A stretch of DNA of 32,000 nucleotides from Edaphobacter aggregans. Lineage in GTDB: Bacteria > Acidobacteriota > Terriglobia > Terriglobales > Acidobacteriaceae. The DNA lies in contig NZ_RSDW01000001.1 in the NCBI RefSeq assembly GCF_003945235.1, forward strand, positions 5,490,001 through 5,522,000, read 5' to 3'. Of the stretch, positions 1 through 9,339 are shown piece after piece. The position numbers were made by a program, and so were the translations under genes. The notes beneath the pieces are model-generated. The model was not told where the DNA came from. It made no database searches and saw only the letters and a program-made list of their open reading frames with translations. Positions within the stretch are counted from its first letter, which is position 1, and each line of letters opens with the position of its first letter.

Positions 1-598
1 CTCGGCTGCGGCGGTAAGCTCGTCGATAGTTGTGTTCAATCGAGCCACCAACTCCAGCAGGTCCTGTCGGCGCCGTGCGGCCCACGGAGCAAGCGGGAGT
101 GCCTCCAGTTGCCTTCGTCCGGTCTTGCTCCACAGTGTCTTTTTGCGCCGTACTCCCTGCAGCCTGGATTTGGTTCATGGCCCGCGTGCGCATCTGCACC
201 AGGCGATGCCGATGCCAGATTAGCTGCCGTAGATCACGGTTCTCCGGAGTCGGGACCCAGATCCGGGGAAAGCGACTCTCTGCCAGTAGCCTAAGCAATA
301 ACTGAGCATCCTGCCGATCGGTCTTTTGCTTGCGTACCCGAGCTGCCTTGATCTTGGCCGGATCCCCCAATCCACAGCTCGAACTTCAACTCTGCCAGCA
401 ATTGCTCAAACCAACGTGCATGTCCGGTGGCCTCTATTCCAACACGCACCTTGACCTGTCTTCGCTGTAGATCGCGATAGAACGCTCTGCCTCTCCATCG
501 CTGTGGTTCAGTCGCCGTTCGCCGGTCTCGCCCGTCTCCGTATCTAAAAACGCTACCTGCTGAACGCTTGGATGAAAATCCGCTCCTACAATGATCAT
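1..598 (-). pseudogene. IS110-family transposase, decayed (at least 3 frameshifts); 3' part runs off the window edge
   Basis: Manual minus-strand translation from the ATG at 598 gives MIIVGADFHPSVQQVAFLDTETGETGERRLNHSDGEAER. The reading then needs frame changes near 480, at the C5 run 364-368, and near 157-161. The continuing segments are FYRDLQRRQVKVRVGIEATGHARWFEQLLAELKFELWIG, DPAKIKAARVRKQKTDRQDAQLLLRLLAESRFPRIWVPTPENRDLRQLIWHRHRLVQMRTRAMNQIQAA and GVRRKKTLWSKTGRRQLEALPLAPWAARRRQDLLELVARLNTTIDELTAAAE. This is the typical DEDD/IS110 N-terminal architecture (IEATG motif). The track ORF 291..665 is only the middle fragment. Confidence 0.8.
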
Positions 599-898
599 GT
601 TCGGCTCCTTCTCCCGAACCTTCGGTCGTCGATGCCCAGAGTCTAATCGCGCTTCGACAGAGCAAACACTGTTATGAAATCAAGTGGACTGGATTTGTAA
701 ACACTGGTCGACTTCCCGTTACCAATGTTGGCCTTGAATGCTTCGATCAATAGTTTTCAAGTTTCTTTTGCAATGAGTTCTCCTCCGTTGAGTCTCGGCT
801 TGATATCAAAATAGGTCTCTCTCCAATCGAGAGATTAAAATTACCGCTCATAGTTGACCACCCTTCAGTAGGATCGAACGAACCTGCAGGAACATGTA

Positions 899-917
899 GT
901 TTCGTTGTTCACGAAAC
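899..917. promoter_or_regulatory. Perfect 7-bp inverted repeat GTTTCGT-N5-ACGAAAC about 60 bp upstream of the cNMP-flavoprotein gene; candidate operator
   Basis: Read directly: gtttcgt tgttc acgaaac. It lies in the A+T-richer leader between the IS remnant and the ATG at 979. No regulator family can be assigned. Confidence 0.25.
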
Positions 918-978
918 GGGGATAGCATCGCGGTGTACTCAGGTCGATTCCGCACAGCGGAGGCGAGGAGTCACGGCG

Positions 979-2622
979 ATGCAGGACAATCCCACACTTA
1001 ATCGAGAACACATCGATCGGATTCGATCAGTGGCGCAGTTGCGTTCCGTGCGTAGTGGAGAAGTTCTCTACGAACCCTCCTGTCCCGATGTTCATCTATT
1101 TGTTGTCTTGGACGGGACAGTCTCAATCGGCAGAACCGGTGAGGATGAGAAGATCCTGGCAATTCGCGAGGCGGGACAGTTCACAGGAGAAATGTCTCTC
1201 ATCTCCGGCAATCGACCGCTCCTCACCGCGCGGGTAACTCAAGACGGTGCCGTCCTTGAGCTTACGCGGGAAAAAGTTCTCTCTCTGATGGCCAAGGATT
1301 CAGAGGTCGGCGACATCCTTATGGGGGCATTCGTTGCGCGTCGCCTGCTGGCGATTCAGCTTGGCGCAGGAAACGTCGTCCTCTTCGGCACCAAGAGTTC
1401 TGCACGTACTCTTGCGCTCAGAGAATTTCTCACCAGAAATGGGCATCCGTTTACCTACATCGATATTGACGCCGACTCCTGCGCCAGCGAGTTGATGGAA
1501 AAACTCGCCGTTCGCAGTGGCGAAATTCCAGTTGTTTATTGCAACAGGCGATATGTGCTGAGAAACCCGTCAATTGCCGAGCTAGCGGCCTGTCTTGATC
1601 TCAACATCAATATCGACAAAGGTGTGCGCGACGTTCTAGTGATCGGTGCAGGCCCAGCAGGGCTCGCAGCGGCAGTGTACGCCGCTTCAGAAGGACTGAA
1701 GACGCTGGTTATTGAGAAGTCAGCACCTGGCGGCCAGGCAGGGTCGAGCTCAAAGATCGAAAACTACCTGGGCTTTCCCACCGGGCTATCTGGACAGGAG
1801 CTCGCGAATCGATCCATCGCTCAAGCGCAGAAATTTGGGGCGCAGTTGATGGTGGCGCAATCAGTCGTACATATCGATTCCAGCCGACAACCATATAAGG
1901 TGGTTTTGGAGTCTGGCCTTAAGTTCAATGCGCGCAGCATCGTGATCGCAACTGGCGCGCAATATGCGCGATTGCCTGTCGAGGAAGCAGACGCCTTCAC
2001 GGGCAGAGGGATTTATTACAACGCGACGTATATGGAAGCGCAGCTCTGTGACTCGGAAGAAGTAGCAGTGGTGGGAGGGGGAAACTCTGCGGGACAAGCG
2101 GCCGTTTTCCTTGCCCAGACATCATCGAAGGTGCATCTCTTAGTACGTTCGAGGAAACTTTCAGAATCGATGTCACAGTATCTGATCGCCAGGATAGAAG
2201 CACATCCCAGGATCGAAATTCACTATCTGACGCAAATTGTTGCCGTCACCGGTACGGCGCATCTGGAAAGTATCGAGTGGAAGGACGACGCATCAGGAGT
2301 GGTGGTAGCCACGCCAATTCGCCACGTGTTTGTGATGGCAGGTGCCGCGCCTCGCACGGAGTGGCTTGAAGATTCCTTTCTTCTGGACAAAAAGGGGTTT
2401 GTTGTTACCGGGCCAGATCTCGTTGAATTCGAGAACTTTCAATGGCCATTGAGCCGTTCCCCACTCCTACTCGAGACCAGTGTGCCAGGAATATTTGCGG
2501 TTGGTGACACACGAGCAGGCAGTGTCAAACGGGTTGCGTCAGCGGTCGGCGAGGGCGCAATGGCGGTCCATCTGGTGCATCGATTCCTCGCCGAGAGCAC
2601 AGAGTGGCGCAACGCAGCATGA
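979..2622 (+). CDS. Three-domain flavoprotein: cyclic-nucleotide-binding domain, glutaredoxin-like domain without Cys pair, and thioredoxin-reductase-like FAD/NAD(P) oxidoreductase
   Basis: 547-aa ORF with GAGGAG 9 nt upstream. The N-terminus resembles a cNMP-binding fold (GEVLYEPSCPD..FVVLDGTV..GQFTGEMSLISG). The C-terminal half has the FAD motif VIGAGPAGLAAAVYAASEG, the NAD(P) motif VAVVGGGNSAGQAA and GIFAVGDTR. Where TrxR carries CATC, the sequence reads NATYMEAQLC. Confidence 0.85.
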   Translation: MQDNPTLNREHIDRIRSVAQLRSVRSGEVLYEPSCPDVHLFVVLDGTVSIGRTGEDEKILAIREAGQFTGEMSLISGNRPLLTARVTQDGAVLELTREKVLSLMAKDSEVGDILMGAFVARRLLAIQLGAGNVVLFGTKSSARTLALREFLTRNGHPFTYIDIDADSCASELMEKLAVRSGEIPVVYCNRRYVLRNPSIAELAACLDLNINIDKGVRDVLVIGAGPAGLAAAVYAASEGLKTLVIEKSAPGGQAGSSSKIENYLGFPTGLSGQELANRSIAQAQKFGAQLMVAQSVVHIDSSRQPYKVVLESGLKFNARSIVIATGAQYARLPVEEADAFTGRGIYYNATYMEAQLCDSEEVAVVGGGNSAGQAAVFLAQTSSKVHLLVRSRKLSESMSQYLIARIEAHPRIEIHYLTQIVAVTGTAHLESIEWKDDASGVVVATPIRHVFVMAGAAPRTEWLEDSFLLDKKGFVVTGPDLVEFENFQWPLSRSPLLLETSVPGIFAVGDTRAGSVKRVASAVGEGAMAVHLVHRFLAESTEWRNAA

Positions 2623-2667
2623 AATAAGGGCACAGCCAAAGTACTCAACGTGCGAAAGGAGACCCAA

Positions 2668-3753
2668 ATGAAGGCACTTGTAGTAAATGCACTCAGTCGA
2701 GGGTTCGATTTCGAGGACGTTCAGATTGCCGCGCCGATAGGACGCGAAGTTCTCGTGAATGTGCAAGCGTCTGGCCTGTGCCACACCGACCTCTTGTTTG
2801 CTACTCACAATATTGTCCCTATGCCTGCGGTGCTTGGTCACGAGGTTGCGGGGATCGTAGCTGCGGTAGGCCCGGATGCCGCGCAATTTCATGTTGGAGA
2901 TCATGTCGTAGGTTCTCTAGCTCAGGTATGTGGAGCATGCGATCGATGTCTATCTGGGCGATCCTTCCAGTGCAAACATCCCGAGTCTACGGTGCGCAGA
3001 CCGATCGACGCCCCACGCCTTAGCCGCAATGGGATTGGCTTGTTCCAAGGTTTCGGGCTGGGCGGCTTCGCTGAACAAGCTCTCATCCATGAAAACCAGC
3101 TTGCCCTCGTACCCAAGGAGCTTCCGTTCGCCCAGGCCGCGCTCCTTGGCTGCGGCGTAGTAACGGGTGCCGGCTCTGTCTTGAATACTGCGAACGTTAG
3201 CGCCGGTGACACAGTCGTGATCTTCGGTGCAGGAGGGGTCGGGCTCAACGCTATTAGTGGGGCGCGCATCGCCGGTGCATCGAGAATAGTCGTCATCGAC
3301 ATCCAGGAGAAGCGCCTCAAAGAGGCCAGACGATTTGGTAGCACCGATGTCATCGATTCCACAAAGACGAGGCCTGTAGAGGCTGTCCGTGATCTGCTTC
3401 CCGAGGGGGTCGATCACGTCTTCGACTTCGTAGGGCAGAAGTCGGTCGCCGAGCAAGGGCTCGCAATGTTGGGCCTCGGTGGTGGACTCTATCTCGTCGG
3501 AGTGGACAAACCCGCGGTCAATCTTGACTTGAATATCTTTGACGCGATCGGTGGGCAAAAGCGCGTTATAGGCGTGAATTTCGGCTCAACCAATGCCAAG
3601 CGTGACATCCCAATGTACGCCGAGCTGTACCTGCAAGGGCGCATGAACCTAGATGATCTTGTTTCGAAAGAGATCTCACTGCGTGACGTGAACGACGGCT
3701 ACGCGGCGTTAAAGGACGGCTTGCTTAACCGTGTCGTTGTCACTTCGTTCTGA
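2668..3753 (+). CDS. Zinc-dependent alcohol dehydrogenase (MDR superfamily)
   Basis: GLCHTDL and GHEVAGIV zinc/catalytic motifs, the structural-Zn Cys cluster CGACDRCLSGRSFQC, and the Rossmann motif FGAGGVGL. I prefer the ATG at 2668 (AAGGAG at 2656-2661, 6-nt spacer) over the track GTG at 2650. Confidence 0.9.
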   Translation: MKALVVNALSRGFDFEDVQIAAPIGREVLVNVQASGLCHTDLLFATHNIVPMPAVLGHEVAGIVAAVGPDAAQFHVGDHVVGSLAQVCGACDRCLSGRSFQCKHPESTVRRPIDAPRLSRNGIGLFQGFGLGGFAEQALIHENQLALVPKELPFAQAALLGCGVVTGAGSVLNTANVSAGDTVVIFGAGGVGLNAISGARIAGASRIVVIDIQEKRLKEARRFGSTDVIDSTKTRPVEAVRDLLPEGVDHVFDFVGQKSVAEQGLAMLGLGGGLYLVGVDKPAVNLDLNIFDAIGGQKRVIGVNFGSTNAKRDIPMYAELYLQGRMNLDDLVSKEISLRDVNDGYAALKDGLLNRVVVTSF

Positions 3754-3782
3754 CTGCAAAGTCTCACACAAGGAGAGTCGCA

Positions 3783-5198
3783 ATGAAAACAATCACCACT
3801 CACTATATCGACGGATCGTTCGTTGAATCCCACGGCCGCGAAGTCATGGATATCATCAAGCCGACCAACGGTCAGTCGATCGGCCGCGTAACGCTCGCCG
3901 ATGAAGAAGATACGCGGCTCGCTATTGCAGCAGCCAATCGTGCGTTTGTCAGTTTTGGGAAGTCAACCAAGGAAGAACGTTCGAAGATCCTAAGCCGGCT
4001 GCATGAGGCTGCGTCGGCGCGTGTCGACGATCTGACAGCAGCAATGGTCGAGGAATACGGAGGGGTCGTCCAGTTTGCAGGGCTGATTGTCCAGTCTGGT
4101 ATTAACGCCTTTCTTGCTGCCGAGCAGGCGCTCAAAGATCTTCCATTGACGCGAACCTGGGGCAAGACGACCGTTACCTTGGAGCCGGTCGGTGTGGCCG
4201 GTCTGATCACCGCGTGGAACGCGAACGCACTGTTTATTTGTCTAAAGCTCGCGTCAGCCGTGGCCGCCGGCTGTACCGTCGTCCTTAAGCCCAGCGAATT
4301 AAGCTCGATTCAAACGCAGGTATTAGTCGAGGCGTTGCACGAAGCCGATCTTCCGAAGGGGCTCTTAAACGTGGTTACGGGGCTCGGCAATGTCGTCGGC
4401 GCTGAGCTTGTACGCAATCCCAATGTGGCTAAGATATCGTTCACAGGCTCGGTGGGTGTAGGCGAAGCAATCATGCGCGACGGCGCGGCAACCATGAAGC
4501 GCGTCACTCTGGAACTGGGTGGCAAATCTCCCACTATCTTGCTCGATGATGCTGTATTCGATCAGGCGATTTCGTCCGCCCTCGTTTTGGCATTCATGAA
4601 CAGCGGTCAGGCATGTGCCGCGGGGACACGCTTGCTTGTTCCCAAAAGCCGTTTCGATGAGGCAAGGCGGGGCATACACGAAGCGATGCGCAACATCACC
4701 GCTGGTGACCCCGCTGATCCCAAAACGGTTGTTGGGCCGATGGTGTCGCAGAAACAGTACGAACGCGTGCAGGCTTATATACGAAAAGGTATCGAAGAAG
4801 GCGCGGAAGTTCTGGTTGGCGGCGAGGGGCACCCGGAAGGCTTGGAAGCCGGTTACTTTGTGAAGCCCACGGTGTTCGTCAATGTGACGAACGACATGGC
4901 GATCGCCCAGGAGGAGATTTTTGGCCCCGTGCTGAGTGTCATCGCTTATGACTCTGAGGACGATGCGATCCGGATCGCCAACGACTCCAAATATGGTCTC
5001 CACGCCGCCGTCCTCGGGACGGACCTTCAGCGTGCGCGTCGAGTGGCCTCACAGATACGGGCTGGGCGCGTCGTGATCAACAACATGACGGATGATCCGC
5101 AAGCCCCCTGGGGAGGATTCAAATATTCCGGGACTGGCCGTGAGTATGGCCAATACGGGATCGAGGCGTACCTCGAAACCCGAGCCATTCTCGAGTAA
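3783..5198 (+). CDS. NAD(P)+-dependent aldehyde dehydrogenase
   Basis: 471 aa. It has ALDH signatures ELGGKSP (catalytic Glu), NSGQACAAGTR (catalytic Cys) and EEIFGPV. AAGGAG lies upstream of the ATG. Confidence 0.92.
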   Translation: MKTITTHYIDGSFVESHGREVMDIIKPTNGQSIGRVTLADEEDTRLAIAAANRAFVSFGKSTKEERSKILSRLHEAASARVDDLTAAMVEEYGGVVQFAGLIVQSGINAFLAAEQALKDLPLTRTWGKTTVTLEPVGVAGLITAWNANALFICLKLASAVAAGCTVVLKPSELSSIQTQVLVEALHEADLPKGLLNVVTGLGNVVGAELVRNPNVAKISFTGSVGVGEAIMRDGAATMKRVTLELGGKSPTILLDDAVFDQAISSALVLAFMNSGQACAAGTRLLVPKSRFDEARRGIHEAMRNITAGDPADPKTVVGPMVSQKQYERVQAYIRKGIEEGAEVLVGGEGHPEGLEAGYFVKPTVFVNVTNDMAIAQEEIFGPVLSVIAYDSEDDAIRIANDSKYGLHAAVLGTDLQRARRVASQIRAGRVVINNMTDDPQAPWGGFKYSGTGREYGQYGIEAYLETRAILE

Positions 5199-5240
5199 CC
5201 CTAACTGCGCGTCTAAACAGATTGAACAAGGAGATGATTC

Positions 5241-5705
5241 ATGAGGCAACACATTACGATCTCCCCAGGAGAAGCCGCGGATCGCCTCGCCATCCGGGAA
5301 CTCGTCGAGGCCTACGCGCATTGTGCCGACCGGCGCGATGCACGAGGTCAGATGTCTCTTTTCACCACAGATACGCATTTCGTCGTGTATATGAACGCGA
5401 AAGATCCGACGCCCTCACAGGAACTGCACTCGCGTGAGGCGCTTGCTCCCGTCTTCGCTGATTTGAACAAGTATGACGCCACAACACACTTCGTCGGGCA
5501 AAGCACAATCTTTACGCTAGCGAATGATCGAGCAACCGGGGAGACCTATTGCCTTGCGCATCACGTCACAGTTGACGGCGAAAAGAGACATTTGATGGTG
5601 GCCTCGCTTCGCTACTACGACACATTTGTGAAAACGGAGGGCGCATGGCTGTTTGCGGAGCGCCTGCTCTATGTCGACTGGCTGGAGGAGCGCGCATTAT
5701 CATAA
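5241..5705 (+). CDS. SnoaL-like / NTF2-fold family protein
   Basis: 154 aa. The N-terminus AADRLAIRELVEAYAHCADRRD is typical of SnoaL_4/NTF2-like proteins. AAGGAG is 6 nt upstream. Confidence 0.7.
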   Translation: MRQHITISPGEAADRLAIRELVEAYAHCADRRDARGQMSLFTTDTHFVVYMNAKDPTPSQELHSREALAPVFADLNKYDATTHFVGQSTIFTLANDRATGETYCLAHHVTVDGEKRHLMVASLRYYDTFVKTEGAWLFAERLLYVDWLEERALS

Positions 5706-5761
5706 CCGTCGAACTACCAAACGGAGTCGACGAACGCAGTTGCAGTGGCAGGGAGTCGTAG

Positions 5762-6490
5762 ATGAACGTTCGAACGATCGACCAAAAGCGGCTTGTAATC
5801 GTGGGTGCTACAGGAATGGTGGGTGGTTACGCCCTTCGCTATGCGCTCGATCAACCCGCCGTTGGACGCGTGACGTCTATTGGGCGTAGGGAACTCGGCA
5901 TCTCGCACCCTAAGCTCCATGAAGTTGTGCATCAGGACTTTGCTGATTGCTCAGCGCTCGCCCCAGCACTGTCGGATCAGGACGCAGCGGTCTTTTGTAT
6001 GGGCACATATACGGGCGCCGTGCCAGACGCGCAGCTACGTGCAATAACCGTCGATTACACGATAGAGTTTGCGAGAGTTCTTCGCAGCAGTAGTCCCGAC
6101 GCGGCGTTCTCGTTCCTGAGCGGGAGTGGCGCCGACCCCACTGGACGAAGCCGAATGGCTTTTGCACGTTACAAGGGAGAAGCGGAGAATGCACTCCACG
6201 CGTCGGGATTGCCACGTCTTTACGTTTTCAGGCCCGCCTACATCTATCCCGTGGAGCCGCGGAGGGAACCGAATTTCAGCTACCGCTTCCTGCGAGCGAT
6301 CTACCCGGTGTTTCTAGCGCTGTTCCCCAATCAGGTGATCAGGGCCGATGACTTGGCCCGAGCCATGGTGGATGTCGTGGTTAGCGGGATGGGAGTCGCC
6401 CCAAGCATGGTTTTCGAGAATCGTGACATCCGAGCTCTGATACAGTCGCTTGATCCGCAACGGGGCGCCCCAACGAAAGGGCGCAAATGA
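5762..6490 (+). CDS. NAD(P)H-binding atypical SDR (NmrA/HTATIP2-like oxidoreductase)
   Basis: 242 aa with the N-terminal Rossmann motif VIVGATGMVGG. The stop overlaps the kinase start (ATGA at 6487-6490). Confidence 0.7.
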   Translation: MNVRTIDQKRLVIVGATGMVGGYALRYALDQPAVGRVTSIGRRELGISHPKLHEVVHQDFADCSALAPALSDQDAAVFCMGTYTGAVPDAQLRAITVDYTIEFARVLRSSSPDAAFSFLSGSGADPTGRSRMAFARYKGEAENALHASGLPRLYVFRPAYIYPVEPRREPNFSYRFLRAIYPVFLALFPNQVIRADDLARAMVDVVVSGMGVAPSMVFENRDIRALIQSLDPQRGAPTKGRK

Positions 6491-9339
6491 CACAACGCCG
6501 AGCACGAAAGCAACCTAGCGAAGCACATGACATCTTGAATGCTCGGGGTGCTGAGCGAACGGATGCGCTTGAGAAGGCCAATGAGGATTTGAAAGCAGCG
6601 CAGGCAGAGTTGCAAAGACGATGGCAGTACCTGGCAGAGGCTCAGAGGCTGAGTCATTCGGGGACTTTCGGTTGGAAAGTCGACAGTGGCGAACTGCTTT
6701 GGTCGGACGAGACTTACAGAATTCTGGGCTTCACACGAGAAACGAATCCCACGCTCGATCTAGTGTTCGACAGAATTCACCCCGACGATCGAGAGCGCTT
6801 GCGACGTCTCAGGGATCTCGCCACGAAGGACGGGATGGATCTAGACGACGAGCACCGACTTCAAATGCCCGACGGTGTCATCAAGTATGTCCACGTGGTT
6901 GCCCATGCAGGAAGTGATAGCTCCGGGAATCGCGAGTACATAGGCGTCGTTTCCGATATCACTGAACGCAAACGCGCTGAAGATGAGCGACAGGCGTTAT
7001 CTCGTGACCTACAAGAAAGTAACGCCAGACTTGAAGAAGCACAACGGGTCGCACATGTGGGCTACTGGGAGTGGGATCTTGCGACGGGTGAGGTCATCTG
7101 GTCTGACGAGACCTATCGCATCTTCGGGCTCAGACCGCAAGAACGTCCCATGGACTTAGGAACGGTCCGCGGAATGGTCCACCCTGAGGACCGAGAAGCT
7201 CTCTACGGCGGAGTGGATGTGGAGATTGATGCCGGCGTGCACCCTGTTGCTGATTTTCGGATTGTCACTCCAAGTGGAGAAGTGCGCACCGTGCACGCGA
7301 TCACCTCAAAGCTTTGGGGTGTGATGCCGGGTGATCCGGACGATGAGGCATCCGGAAAGGCCCGCAGGCTGTTCGGTACGGTTCAAGACATCACGGAACG
7401 CAAGCGTGCAGAGGAAGAACTCCAAGTCCTGTACCGCGAATTGCAAGAAAGCAAAGCCTCGCTCGACGAAGGCCAACGCGTTGCCCACGTAGGCTCTTGG
7501 GTGTGGGATCTTGAGAAGAATCACGTGACCTATTCGGACGAATATTACCGCATCTTTGGATTGGCCCCAGAGAAAGGCCCCATTGACATTGCGACAGTGC
7601 GCGAAATGATCCACCCTGAGGATCGAGACTATGTCTTTCGGACCGCAGAAGAGGCCATTCGTTCTGGGGAGCGCGCTGAATGCGAACACCGGATCCTTCG
7701 TCCCAGTGGAGAAATTCGCATTGTGCACAGTTTGGGCGACTTAAAGAAGGACGCATCGGGGCGACCCTACCAAATGTTCGGTGTGAGCCAGGACATCACT
7801 GACCGCAAACGCGCCGAACAAGCCCTACAGCGAAGCCAATTCTATCTAAGCGAAGGGGAGCGCCTCGCTCATATGGGGAGTTGGGCGTCGAGAGAATTAG
7901 GTATTCGTTGGTCCGACGATTTAAATATCTATTGGTCTGACGAGGTCTACAGGATTTACGGACTTGATCCAAAAAACGGAACTCCAAACCTTGAGCAGTA
8001 TTTGGCTACGGTCCACCCCCTGGACCGAGCCTCCATGGCTGAAACACTAAAGACGATGCATGAGCAGCGCTGCGGCTGCGATGTCACGACGCGAATAGTT
8101 CGGCCAGATGGGGAGATACGGTACGTCCGCTGTGTTGGGATTCCGGTGGTAGAAGGCGGAGTTTTTCAGGGATTTCACGGCACCACAATGGACGTTACAG
8201 AGCAGGAATTACTGACACGGGAGTTGCGACGGGAGCAGGCGTACCTGGCCGAAGCACAAAGTTTTACTCATGCTGGCAGCTGGGCGTGCAATCTGCTCAC
8301 ACGGGAGATATTCCACTCGTCGGACGAAAACGCTCGCCTCTACGGTTTCGATCCCAGCCAAGGCCCGATTCCATTCAATCTCTATTACAACGCGATTCTT
8401 CCGGAAGACGAACGAATTATCAGGGGAAAGCTTGAGAATGCAATTCATGCAGGGGCGGATTATGAGGTCGAATTTCGGATTCGTCGACCCGACGGCACCA
8501 TCGGATTTCTGCATGGCATAGGACATCACAATCCCTCTCAGGAGGTCGGTGAGTATTTTGGCATCACGATTGATATAACTGACCGAAAGCGGGCCGAGGA
8601 GGAACGCGAAAGGCTGCGCCGGTTAGAGGCTGATCTCGCACACATCAACCGCGTCAACATGATGGGAGAGCTAGCCGCCGCGCTCGCGCACGAAATCAAG
8701 CAGCCCATTGCGGCCTCCATCACAAGCGCAAACGCCCTCTTGCGATGGTTGGCGCATGATCCACCCGACCTGGAAAGAGCACGGGCAGCAGCAGCCAGGA
8801 TTGAGCAGGACGGAAATCGTGCAGCTGGCGTTATCGATAGTTTGCAGTCCTTCTATAGAACGGGAACACCCGTAGAACGCCACATCGTCGACGTGAAGGA
8901 AATAATTGGAGAGATGACTGTTTTGCTAAGGGTCGAAGCGGATCGGCACTCCATCGAGATCCATCCCGAACTCGAGGCCGATACACCTAAAACCCTGGCA
9001 AATCGGGTACAACTTCAACAGGTCTTCATGAACCTGATGCTCAACGCGATTGAGGCCATGAGAGATACCGGTGGTGAATTGACGATCAGATCGTGCGCGA
9101 ATCCAGAAGGTCGTCTAATTGTTTCAATCAGCGATACCGGCATAGGATTGCCTGCGGAAAGCACCGAACAGATTTTTGACCCTTTTCATACGACCAAACC
9201 TCAGGGGACTGGTATGGGCTTGACCATTACACGCTCGATTGTGGAGTCTTACGGAGGGCGGGTGTGGGCCACAGCCAATCAGGTTGCCGGCGCAACCTTC
9301 CACCTCATACTTCCCGGCGAAACCGAGACTCATTTATGA
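6487..9339 (+). CDS. Soluble multi-PAS (about 5 modules) sensor histidine kinase
   Basis: 950 aa with no obvious TM segment. Five PAS-like modules each end in a DIT(E/D)RKRAE-type linker; one is degenerate (MDVTEQE). It has the HisKA box LAHEIKQPIAA and a HATPase_c region (NLMLNAIEAM, DTGIGL, GTGMGL). Confidence 0.9.
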   Translation: MTQRRARKQPSEAHDILNARGAERTDALEKANEDLKAAQAELQRRWQYLAEAQRLSHSGTFGWKVDSGELLWSDETYRILGFTRETNPTLDLVFDRIHPDDRERLRRLRDLATKDGMDLDDEHRLQMPDGVIKYVHVVAHAGSDSSGNREYIGVVSDITERKRAEDERQALSRDLQESNARLEEAQRVAHVGYWEWDLATGEVIWSDETYRIFGLRPQERPMDLGTVRGMVHPEDREALYGGVDVEIDAGVHPVADFRIVTPSGEVRTVHAITSKLWGVMPGDPDDEASGKARRLFGTVQDITERKRAEEELQVLYRELQESKASLDEGQRVAHVGSWVWDLEKNHVTYSDEYYRIFGLAPEKGPIDIATVREMIHPEDRDYVFRTAEEAIRSGERAECEHRILRPSGEIRIVHSLGDLKKDASGRPYQMFGVSQDITDRKRAEQALQRSQFYLSEGERLAHMGSWASRELGIRWSDDLNIYWSDEVYRIYGLDPKNGTPNLEQYLATVHPLDRASMAETLKTMHEQRCGCDVTTRIVRPDGEIRYVRCVGIPVVEGGVFQGFHGTTMDVTEQELLTRELRREQAYLAEAQSFTHAGSWACNLLTREIFHSSDENARLYGFDPSQGPIPFNLYYNAILPEDERIIRGKLENAIHAGADYEVEFRIRRPDGTIGFLHGIGHHNPSQEVGEYFGITIDITDRKRAEEERERLRRLEADLAHINRVNMMGELAAALAHEIKQPIAASITSANALLRWLAHDPPDLERARAAAARIEQDGNRAAGVIDSLQSFYRTGTPVERHIVDVKEIIGEMTVLLRVEADRHSIEIHPELEADTPKTLANRVQLQQVFMNLMLNAIEAMRDTGGELTIRSCANPEGRLIVSISDTGIGLPAESTEQIFDPFHTTKPQGTGMGLTITRSIVESYGGRVWATANQVAGATFHLILPGETETHL

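Noticed and set aside
2950-3558. Long antisense or alternate-frame ORFs inside confident genes. Examples: 2950..3558(-), 4365..5003(-), 12353..12850(-), 14903..15445(+), 15339..15857(+), 17316..17861(+), 20893..21492(+), 21894..22613(+), 23124..23723(+), 28293..28889(+), 29861..30445(-).
   Set aside because: Each lies entirely within a gene that has clear family motifs on the other strand or frame. Their products are Arg/Pro/Ser/Gly-rich, low-complexity sequences typical of shadow ORFs in GC-rich DNA, and none has a convincing RBS.
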